This document shows positions 20,513-28,304 of a stretch of 64,000 nt of DNA, one piece after another; the stretch's first letter is position 1, and every line of letters starts with the position of its first letter. The translations under genes were made by a program, and so were the position numbers. The DNA comes from Candidatus Freyarchaeum deiterrae (GTDB lineage Archaea; Asgardarchaeota; Jordiarchaeia; Jordiarchaeales; Jordiarchaeaceae). The notes beneath the pieces were generated by a model. That model ran no database searches, was not told the DNA's origin, and saw nothing but the letters and a program-made list of their open reading frames with translations. The stretch lies in NCBI GenBank assembly GCA_037305845.1, contig CP147778.1:2880001-2944000 (forward strand), in the 5' to 3' direction.

Positions 20513-20569
20513 AGTGCATCAGAAAATTGAAAAGAGCTTCAAAATCAAAAAGTAGCATATATCTAATCG

Positions 20570-20685
20570 CTTTTATTCCATACTTTGAAGTTGAGTAGGA
20601 ACTCATCAACCTCTACGTTGTTTTTGCATTTAACAAAAAGAATAACTAATAGAACGCGGGACTATTCGTTATAGAGGGTTAAAAT
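20570..20685 (+). promoter_or_regulatory. Conserved family upstream element
   Basis: TTTGCATTTAACAAAAAGAATAACTAATAGAACGCGGGACTATTCGTTATAGAGGGTTAAAATATG; further copies at 21544-21655, 22475-22583, 23481-23593, 24446-24556 and 25424-25538. Confidence 0.7.
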
Positions 20686-21543
20686 ATGAGTAGGAAAAAG
20701 GTTACCGGAATAAAGGTGTGCGCTTCCTGTGGTACCGAGACGCCGAGTGATGCCTTGTATTGCCCGCATTGCGTTGAGCCTATCGACCCAAGTTACTTGT
20801 ACGGTGAAAATCTCTTTTCAGAAGGTTCCTCCGTTGAAGGGAGAGAAGTGACCAGAGAAGAACTATCTATAAAACCTGGTTCTCAGAATATGTCGGGAAT
20901 ATTCCCATACCTAATACCATATCAAACATTATATGAAGGTGTGATTCAAGGGCTAGTAACTGGAGAATTAATGACAAATTTAGATAGAAATGAACATTAT
21001 AATGGAAGTTATTTTACTATTAAATTGGAAGAAGACTTTGAGGGAGTTCCTAAAGAAATCCTAGTTTCAGTCAGACTAAATTACCTACGAATAGGCGATA
21101 AAGTAACTTTACAAGGGAAAATAATCAAAGAAGTTCTTAAAAAATGGAGAAAACCAAATTATCTAATTCTCGCAGACCGCGTCTATAATGAATCCCTTAA
21201 TATTGGCACTGAAGTATTAATGGTTTCAAAACAAGTGATATATAAAGGCATAATTCGAGGTTTGGTAACAGAAGGCTCAAGATTGTTAATGACAAGACCT
21301 TCTTTTAATTTGGGGTCTTCTTTTTTGATGAAACTAGATGAAAATATGGGAATTGCAGAGATTCCTGATGAACTTCTAGTTCAAACTAGTAGGGGTTATT
21401 TCAGAAAAGGCGATAAAGTAATTCTGGAAGGAAAAATATTTAGAATTACTCTTAAAAAAATAGAAAGACCAACGTATGCAATTAAAGTAGACCATTTCTA
21501 TAATGAATCGCTTCAGATTGGCGATGGGGGAATTGTCAATTGA
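20686..21543 (+). CDS. Zinc ribbon + 2 OB-fold-like repeats (family member B1)
   Basis: CASC..CPHC; two repeats ending NESLNIG and NESLQIG. Confidence 0.85.
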   Translation: MSRKKVTGIKVCASCGTETPSDALYCPHCVEPIDPSYLYGENLFSEGSSVEGREVTREELSIKPGSQNMSGIFPYLIPYQTLYEGVIQGLVTGELMTNLDRNEHYNGSYFTIKLEEDFEGVPKEILVSVRLNYLRIGDKVTLQGKIIKEVLKKWRKPNYLILADRVYNESLNIGTEVLMVSKQVIYKGIIRGLVTEGSRLLMTRPSFNLGSSFLMKLDENMGIAEIPDELLVQTSRGYFRKGDKVILEGKIFRITLKKIERPTYAIKVDHFYNESLQIGDGGIVN

Positions 21544-21655
21544 ATTTATTCAGATAAATTTGAATCTAGGAATAATTCATATCTATGGTGTTTTTGCATG
21601 CACCGAAAAGAATAATTGGAAAGATTATGTTTTAATTAAAATAGAGGGTTGAAAG

Positions 21656-22474
21656 ATGAGCGAGAATAGGAAAAAGACCAAAAGAAGTTACCAAAAACCC
21701 GCGGTTCCCACTGTTTTAAGCACGGCCAGCGGTGACGCAACACAAACATTATTATATGAAGGTACTTTCCGAGGTCTGGTAACTGGTGAATCGGTCGATA
21801 TTCCAACCAATATGATAGGAGCCCAAAAAATTGATACTGGAGTCACCCTTTCGAGTTCTTCGAATTTAAATATCTTCACTCCTAACACTTGGCACGGCGG
21901 AGCTCAAGCCAAGTTTGTCATGAAACTGGAAGAAAACATTGAGGGAGTTCCTGATGAAATTCTAGTCCAAACCACCCAGTTTGGTCACTTCGGTAAAAAC
22001 GATAAAGTAATTCTGGAAGGAAAAGTATTCAGGATAAATTTTAAACATTGGGATAAACTATTCTACTCCCTTATTGCAGAACATTACTATAACGAATCAC
22101 TACAGATTGGCGATGAAGGATTCCGGGAAAATGAACAAGAAGTATACAAAGGCACTATCCGAGGTTCGGTGAATAAAGAATCAAGAACGCATATTAACGT
22201 GTATTATAAATCAAAACCTCACCATCCTCACAGTCGTCCAGCTCCCTCTTCTCCTCACTATTCTTTTGGGGATATTTATTTTACCATGAACTTAGAAAAA
22301 ATTGGAATCGCAGGGGTTCCGGATGAAATTCTAGTTAAATTAACAAAACCGTACGAATTCATAAAAGGCGATAAGTTAGTTTTGCAAGGAAAAGTAGTTA
22401 AAAGAAATCTTAAACATTGGAATAGACCGATGTATATTATTTTTGCAGAAAATTACGACAAAGAATCTCCATAG
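21656..22474 (+). CDS. 2 OB-fold-like repeats with no zinc ribbon (family member B2)
   Basis: N-terminus lacks CxxC; two repeats; ends KESP-TAG-IG where paralogs have NESLQIG. Confidence 0.82.
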   Translation: MSENRKKTKRSYQKPAVPTVLSTASGDATQTLLYEGTFRGLVTGESVDIPTNMIGAQKIDTGVTLSSSSNLNIFTPNTWHGGAQAKFVMKLEENIEGVPDEILVQTTQFGHFGKNDKVILEGKVFRINFKHWDKLFYSLIAEHYYNESLQIGDEGFRENEQEVYKGTIRGSVNKESRTHINVYYKSKPHHPHSRPAPSSPHYSFGDIYFTMNLEKIGIAGVPDEILVKLTKPYEFIKGDKLVLQGKVVKRNLKHWNRPMYIIFAENYDKESP

Positions 22475-22583
22475 ATTGGATACCTTGAATCGTAAAAAAT
22501 TATTTATCCCTTATGTGTTTATGCGTTTACCGAAATGGGTAATTAATATGATGATGGTACTAATCATGATTGAGGGTTGAAAG

Positions 22584-23480
22584 ATGAGCAGAAAAAATGT
22601 TTCCGAAGCAAATGAGTGCGTTCACTGCGGTAAACCGGTTCCGAGTGGTGCCGAGTTCTGTCCAAATTGCGGTGAGCCCGTCGAGGAGAATTCGATGCAT
22701 GATGAAAGCACATCTTCAGAAGAAGAGATGGCGCCCGTTGAGAAAAAGGAAGAGACCGGTAAAAGTTATGACTTGTCCGCTAACCCCTTTGTTCCAAAAC
22801 AGGACAGCAGTCAGGTTCCAAAAAAGCCCAGCATCAAGGGAGAACAAGTATCGTATAATGGTACTATTCGAGGTTCAGTAACACAAGAATCAAAAAATTT
22901 TCTTAACACTCCAGGAGAAGTTTTTTTTCAGGGAGTTCGTTTTTCCATAAAATTAGAAGAAAATGTTGGAATCGAAGAAATTCTTAATGAACTTACAGTC
23001 TTCAATTTCACGTTTGTATTTATGGGGATAGGTGACAAAGTAATTCTACAAGGAAGAGTAATTAAAAATTTTGATGAATCGGGTAGAGCAGGGTATTACA
23101 TTAGTGCAGACCATTTTTATAACGAATCACTTCAGATTGGCGATGAAGGATTTAGGCAAAAAACGTATACATTATACGAAGGTGTGACCCAAGGTTTAGT
23201 AACAAGGGAGCCAAAAATAAGTGTCGATCCAGGAAACTTTTTTTTAAATATTCAGTTTCCCGTGAAATTAGTCGAAAATACCGGAATTAAAGAAGTTCCC
23301 ACCGAAATCCTAGTTCAAACCAAAAAGCCGGGTTACTTTAGAATAGGTGATAAAGTAATTCTACAAGGAAAAATACTTAGAAAAGACCTCAAACAATGGG
23401 GCAAACCAATGTACGTATTCGAAGCAGACCACTTCTATAACGAATCACTCCAGATCGGCGACGGAGAAATTATCCGTTGA
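22584..23480 (+). CDS. Zinc ribbon + 2 OB-fold-like repeats (family member B3)
   Basis: CVHC..CPNC; two repeats. Confidence 0.85.
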   Translation: MSRKNVSEANECVHCGKPVPSGAEFCPNCGEPVEENSMHDESTSSEEEMAPVEKKEETGKSYDLSANPFVPKQDSSQVPKKPSIKGEQVSYNGTIRGSVTQESKNFLNTPGEVFFQGVRFSIKLEENVGIEEILNELTVFNFTFVFMGIGDKVILQGRVIKNFDESGRAGYYISADHFYNESLQIGDEGFRQKTYTLYEGVTQGLVTREPKISVDPGNFFLNIQFPVKLVENTGIKEVPTEILVQTKKPGYFRIGDKVILQGKILRKDLKQWGKPMYVFEADHFYNESLQIGDGEIIR

Positions 23481-23593
23481 ATTTGTTTTAATACTTTTGA
23501 GTGGAGGAATTTATTCATCGCTTCGGTTTTTTTGCATTTACCAAAAGAATAATTAATAGAAAGAGCCCTCTATCTGTAGTAGAGGGTTGAAAG

Positions 23594-24445
23594 ATGAGTA
23601 CAAAAAAGGAGCTTTGCGCTTATTGCGGCACACAAGTTCCAAGTGGTGCCCTGTACTGTCCACACTGCGGTGAACCTACTGACACAAGTTCCGAGTATGA
23701 TGAAGAAATCTCTTCTGAAGGGGCATTTTTTGGGGAGGAGAAAGAGACTGGCAAAGGTGAAGAAATAACTTCCGTTCCCATTATTTCAAGCACACCTAGC
23801 GAGCGTGGAACACGAGTATTATATAAAGGTATGATTCGAGGTTCAGTAGCAAGTGAATCAACACTGAAGCTTTCACCCGAAGGGCGTAGTGTGAATCTTC
23901 GTGAAGTTTATTTTGTTATGAAATTAGAGGAAAAAATTGGAATTGAAGGAATCCCCGAAGAAATTCTGGTTCTCACTCGAAATTTTGGTTACTTCGGGAT
24001 TGGTGATAGAGTAATTTTGCAGGGAAAAATACTTAAAACAGTCCTTAAAAAATGGGAAAGACCAATGTATACCATTCTCGCATACGATTTCTATAATGAA
24101 TCACTCCAGATCGGCGATGAAAAATTAATGAGGGGAAAACAAGTATTATATGAAGGTACGATTCGAGGTTTAGTAACGAAAGGATCAATAATAAATGTTT
24201 CAGGACATTTGCGGTTTTTTGTAACTTATTTCGCCATAAAATTAGAAGAAAATATTGGAATTCCAGGACTTCCAGACGAAATTCTAGTTCGCTATGACAG
24301 CCAAGGCTATTTTAGGACAGGGGATAGAGTAATTTTGCAGGGAAAAATACTTAAAACAGTTCTTAAAAAATGGGAAAGACCAATGTATGCCATACAGGCA
24401 GGACGTTTCTATAACGAAACACTTCAAGTTGGAAATAGGTTCTGA
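23594..24445 (+). CDS. Zinc ribbon + 2 OB-fold-like repeats (family member B4)
   Basis: CAYC..CPHC; two repeats. Confidence 0.85.
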   Translation: MSTKKELCAYCGTQVPSGALYCPHCGEPTDTSSEYDEEISSEGAFFGEEKETGKGEEITSVPIISSTPSERGTRVLYKGMIRGSVASESTLKLSPEGRSVNLREVYFVMKLEEKIGIEGIPEEILVLTRNFGYFGIGDRVILQGKILKTVLKKWERPMYTILAYDFYNESLQIGDEKLMRGKQVLYEGTIRGLVTKGSIINVSGHLRFFVTYFAIKLEENIGIPGLPDEILVRYDSQGYFRTGDRVILQGKILKTVLKKWERPMYAIQAGRFYNETLQVGNRF

Positions 24446-24556
24446 ATTTATCAGGATACTTGGAATGAGGAAATCATTCATTCTTTCTGCGTTTTGCATT
24501 TATCAAAAAGAATAACTAATAGAAAGAGGGTACTACTCATAATAGAGGGTTAAACT

Positions 24557-25423
24557 ATGAGTATAATAAAGGATCTTTGCGCTTACTGCGGCACCCAAGT
24601 TCCAAGCGGCGCCCTGTACTGTCCACGTTGCGGCGAGCCCATTGACCCAAGTTCTTCATATGACGAAGGCAACTCCTCTGAAAGAGCACTAGAGGAGGAA
24701 GCGGAAGAGACTGGTCAAAGTTATAAATTTGCCCCAAATCCATTTGTTCCAGACATGTCTAGCATCGAGATAACCAAAGTATTATACGAAGGCATGATTC
24801 GAGGCTCAGTAACAGGCGAATCAACAGTGAGGCCTATATATAACTGGTTGGGTAAGCGTTATATGGATTTTCGCGCAGTTTTTTTTGTTATGAGATTAGA
24901 AGAAAGCTTTGAACGAATTCCTAATGAAATTTTAGTTAAAACTTACGACTTTGGCTATTTTGGTGTAGGCGATAAAATAATTTTACAAGGAAAAATACTT
25001 AAAACAATTCTTAAACAATGGGGCAGAACAATATACCTAATTAAGGCAGACCATTTCTATAATGAAACACTTCAAATTGGAGATACGATATTCGGGATAA
25101 GAACACAAGAATTGTATAAGGGTATTATTCGAGGTTCAGTAACCAAAGAACAAAGAATAGATATTGATAACAATAGGAACTTATTTCAAACATATTTTTT
25201 CATGAAATTAGTAGGAGATATTGGAGTCGCAGGACTTCCCGACGAAATTCTAGTTCGCTATTGCAAGGCGGGTTATTTCAGGATAGGTGATAAAGTAATT
25301 TTACAAGGAAAAATATTTAAAACAATTCTTGAACGATGGGGCAAACCAATGTACGTAATTGAAGCAAATCATTTCTATAACGAATCACTCCAGATTGGCG
25401 ATGGAGAACTTCTTATCCATTAA
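24557..25423 (+). CDS. Zinc ribbon + 2 OB-fold-like repeats (family member B5)
   Basis: CAYC..CPRC; two repeats. Confidence 0.85.
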   Translation: MSIIKDLCAYCGTQVPSGALYCPRCGEPIDPSSSYDEGNSSERALEEEAEETGQSYKFAPNPFVPDMSSIEITKVLYEGMIRGSVTGESTVRPIYNWLGKRYMDFRAVFFVMRLEESFERIPNEILVKTYDFGYFGVGDKIILQGKILKTILKQWGRTIYLIKADHFYNETLQIGDTIFGIRTQELYKGIIRGSVTKEQRIDIDNNRNLFQTYFFMKLVGDIGVAGLPDEILVRYCKAGYFRIGDKVILQGKIFKTILERWGKPMYVIEANHFYNESLQIGDGELLIH

Positions 25424-25538
25424 TTTTATTCTGATACTTTTGAAATTTGGGAAATTATTCATCTCTACGGTGTTTTTGCAGTTATAAAAAAGAATAATAA
25501 ATAGAACAGGGATATTGCTCGCAATAGAGGGTTGAAAA

Positions 25539-26405
25539 ATGAGTGTAAAAAAGGGATTATGCGTTTACTGTGGCAACAAAGTTCCAAGTGATGCCCAATT
25601 CTGTCCACACTGCGGTGAACCTACCGACACGAGTTCCGAGTATGATGAAGAAATCTCTTCCGGAGAAACATTTGTTGGGGAGGAGAAAGAGACTAGCAAA
25701 AGTGAAGAAATAACTCCTGTTCCCACTATTTCAAGAGAGCCCAGTGGCCATGGAACACGAGAAATCTATAAAGGTACGATTAGAGGTTTAGTGGCGGGTG
25801 AATCAACACTTTCATTCACTTTAAAAGGGAATTTCGTGAATCCTAGCGAAGTTTATTTTGTTATGAAATTAGAGGATAGATTTGGAATTGCAGGAATTCC
25901 CGACGAAATTCTGGTTCAAACTTTAAACTTCGGTTATTTCGGGATGGGCGATAAAGTAGTTTTGCAAGGAAAAATACTTGAAACAGTTCTTAAAAAATGG
26001 GAAAGACCAATGTATACTATTCTTGCGCGCGATTTCTATAATGAATCACTTCAGGTTGGAGTAGAGGGATTAATGGGGAAAAAACAAAAAATATATGAGG
26101 GTACGATTCGAGGTTTGGTAACGAAAGGATCAATAATAAGTGTAGCAGGTGGAGGCATTAGTCGTTTTTTTGCAACTTATTTCGCCATAAACTTGAAAGA
26201 AAACAGTGGAATTGCAGGAATCCCCGACGAAATTCTAGTTCGCTATAACAAGAAAGGTCATTTCAGGATAGGTGATAAAGTAATTTTACAGGGAAGAATA
26301 GTTAAAGGGGATATTAGAAGCTGGAGTAGACCAATGTATCTAATTGAAGCAAACCATTTCTATAATGAATCACTCCAGTTTGGCGATTTGGGATTTAAAT
26401 ATTGA
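25539..26405 (+). CDS. Zinc ribbon + 2 OB-fold-like repeats (family member B6)
   Basis: CVYC..CPHC; two repeats. Confidence 0.85.
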   Translation: MSVKKGLCVYCGNKVPSDAQFCPHCGEPTDTSSEYDEEISSGETFVGEEKETSKSEEITPVPTISREPSGHGTREIYKGTIRGLVAGESTLSFTLKGNFVNPSEVYFVMKLEDRFGIAGIPDEILVQTLNFGYFGMGDKVVLQGKILETVLKKWERPMYTILARDFYNESLQVGVEGLMGKKQKIYEGTIRGLVTKGSIISVAGGGISRFFATYFAINLKENSGIAGIPDEILVRYNKKGHFRIGDKVILQGRIVKGDIRSWSRPMYLIEANHFYNESLQFGDLGFKY

Positions 26406-26470
26406 GCTTATTCTGCACTAAAAAAAGGATTATTGGAGGTGGGTGTTAAAATTTTTTTCTTTTCTTTCTT

Positions 26471-27721
26471 TTACTCATATACTTTTTCTGCTATTTTGTG
26501 GGCTTCTATGGCGTCGAGTTCTATGTCTCTCTCCTTTTCCAGTTTGCCTCCCATGAGCTTCCGGTAGGCTTCGTGTTGGACAATCAGCTGCATGATTTCG
26601 TTTGAGCCGGTCCATATAACCCCAAGCCTTGCATCCCTCAGAGCCCTTTCAAGTGGATAAACCTGAGTGTATCCGATTCCGCCCACTATCTGCATGGCGT
26701 CGTTTATCACTTCCCATCCCATCTGGGTTGCGTACATCTTCGCTTCGGAGACCAGTCTCCTCGTCTCGGAGGAGTCGGGATTCGCGTCCGCCTGTTTAGC
26801 CGCCGTGAAAACCAGCGCCCGGGCTGCATCAAGTTTGGTTAGGCAATCCGCTATCTTGAAACTCACACCCTGGAACATTCTTATCGGGGCCCCGAAAGCC
26901 TTCCTCATACTCGCATACTTCATAGCCAGTTCCAGCGCCGCCCTCATACCCAGGCTACCTGCGGCGGAGGTCAGTCTTTCAGGAAGCATCATACGGTTAA
27001 AGATATCTTTACCTCGGTTTTCGCCCAGCAGAAGGTTCTCCGAAGGCACCTCCGCACCCTTAAGCTGTATCCGAGCGGTTCCCATACCCCTGAAACCCAA
27101 CAAACCGTAACTCTCCGCGATCTCTACTCCCATTTTCTTCTCCACAAGAAAGGCTGAGATTGCTTTCTCTCCAGGCACCTTTGGATCAGGATTTGTTCTC
27201 GCATAGAGCAGGAATAGGTCCGCGGCTTTTGCACCCGCTATGAAACGCTTTTCTCCAGTTAGGTAGTAGACGTCTCCGTCTTTTTCCGCAACTGTAGTTG
27301 TTCCGAAGAAATCCGAGCCTCCCCTGGGCTCCGTCAATCCCTCCGCTGAGACCATGTCCCCTTTCAGTATTGGAGCCAGATACTTTTTCTTGTGTTTCTC
27401 TATTCCGAAAGCGTTTATCGCTTCACCCACAATTATGGGCATGGAGTATGAGCATCCTAGTCCGTTTCCGAAGACCCCTATTTCCTCAAGCGCCAAGCAG
27501 TCTGCCACCCAGTCTAATTCCCGACCACCGTACTTTTTAGGAAACCTCAGTCCCAGAAGGTTTCTCCTTCCAGCTTCACGGTAAAAATCGAAGGGGTAGT
27601 CAACCTGTTCAGCGTCCATTGCTCTTAATAAGTCTGGATTGACCTGTTTCACAAAGTCTTTGACTTCGTCCCTAAGCTTAAGATGCGCCTCATCAAGGAA
27701 AATGTCGTTTTCCAGAACCAA
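26471..27721 (-). CDS. Acyl-CoA dehydrogenase family protein
   Basis: GLTEPRGGSD, GEKRFI, RKAFGAPIRMFQGVSF, AMQIVGGIGY, RDARLGVIWTGSNEI. Confidence 0.93.
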   Translation of the reverse strand: MVLENDIFLDEAHLKLRDEVKDFVKQVNPDLLRAMDAEQVDYPFDFYREAGRRNLLGLRFPKKYGGRELDWVADCLALEEIGVFGNGLGCSYSMPIIVGEAINAFGIEKHKKKYLAPILKGDMVSAEGLTEPRGGSDFFGTTTVAEKDGDVYYLTGEKRFIAGAKAADLFLLYARTNPDPKVPGEKAISAFLVEKKMGVEIAESYGLLGFRGMGTARIQLKGAEVPSENLLLGENRGKDIFNRMMLPERLTSAAGSLGMRAALELAMKYASMRKAFGAPIRMFQGVSFKIADCLTKLDAARALVFTAAKQADANPDSSETRRLVSEAKMYATQMGWEVINDAMQIVGGIGYTQVYPLERALRDARLGVIWTGSNEIMQLIVQHEAYRKLMGGKLEKERDIELDAIEAHKIAEKVYE

Positions 27722-27963
27722 ATTAAAACCTCCAAAACAAAATTAGACCTTTTCTAATCCTCTCATAAACAAAAACTAATACTTAAAGATGATTAATCAA
27801 CCATGCAAACAGGGCTTGGACAAAATTAGTTCAACTCCTTTTTCTTAAAAGACGTTCACAACCCGAGTTTGAACCACGCTCCTAACACAAATCTCAACAC
27901 CCCCTCAATATAATAAGCAAGGCGTTCCTGAACGCTTTCACAGATAAGATAGAGTGCGTCTGT

Positions 27964-28033
27964 CTTCACCCAGTCAGAATGGATTTAAACATGTTCCAGT
28001 GAAATGGGTTTTTGAAGAAATAGAAACTAATTT
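27964..28033 (+). repeat. Imperfect ~70-bp direct repeat, copy 1 (left of the beta-helix gene)
   Basis: CTTCACCCAGTCAGAATGGATTTAAACATGTTCCAGTGAAATGGGTTTTTGAAGAAATAGAAACTAATTT matches 30937-31008. Confidence 0.75.
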
Positions 28034-28304
28034 AGCTAAGCCTACTCAGCCTGATTATTCAACGATTATTCTTTTTGCATTCAGCCTAATTGAGCTAATC
28101 GGAAACAGAAACCGGATAAAAAGAAAAGTATTTCACTCACCAAGAAGAAAACCAGAAACCAGAACAGAATCGTAACTCACAAAGACCGTATAACTTCTTG
28201 GTTTTTCTGGTGCTGATTGGGACACCAATAATATTTAAATAAAAAAAGAGAAGCCGAAGGCAAAACCCCCGAACAAACGGATTAGCACCCTCGAGCCCCT
28301 ATTT

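Noticed and set aside
22472-22495. Pyrrolysine read-through of the TAG ending B2 (KESP*IGYLES)
   Set aside because: The position corresponds to CAG (Gln) in paralogs, so a C->T nonsense change is simpler. Read-through would add only 7 residues, and no pyl genes are in the window.
20570-25538. CRISPR array or integron-like attC cassette array suggested by regularly spaced conserved intergenic elements
   Set aside because: The units are ~1 kb paralogous genes rather than unrelated spacers or cassettes. The elements are degenerate and promoter-like, and no cas or integrase gene is present.
4670-26405. Diversity-generating retroelement as the source of repeat variability
   Set aside because: No reverse transcriptase or Avd-like gene in the window, and no TR/VR pair differing only at adenines was seen. 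Variation includes large indels and all four bases. A trans-acting DGR elsewhere cannot be excluded from this window alone.
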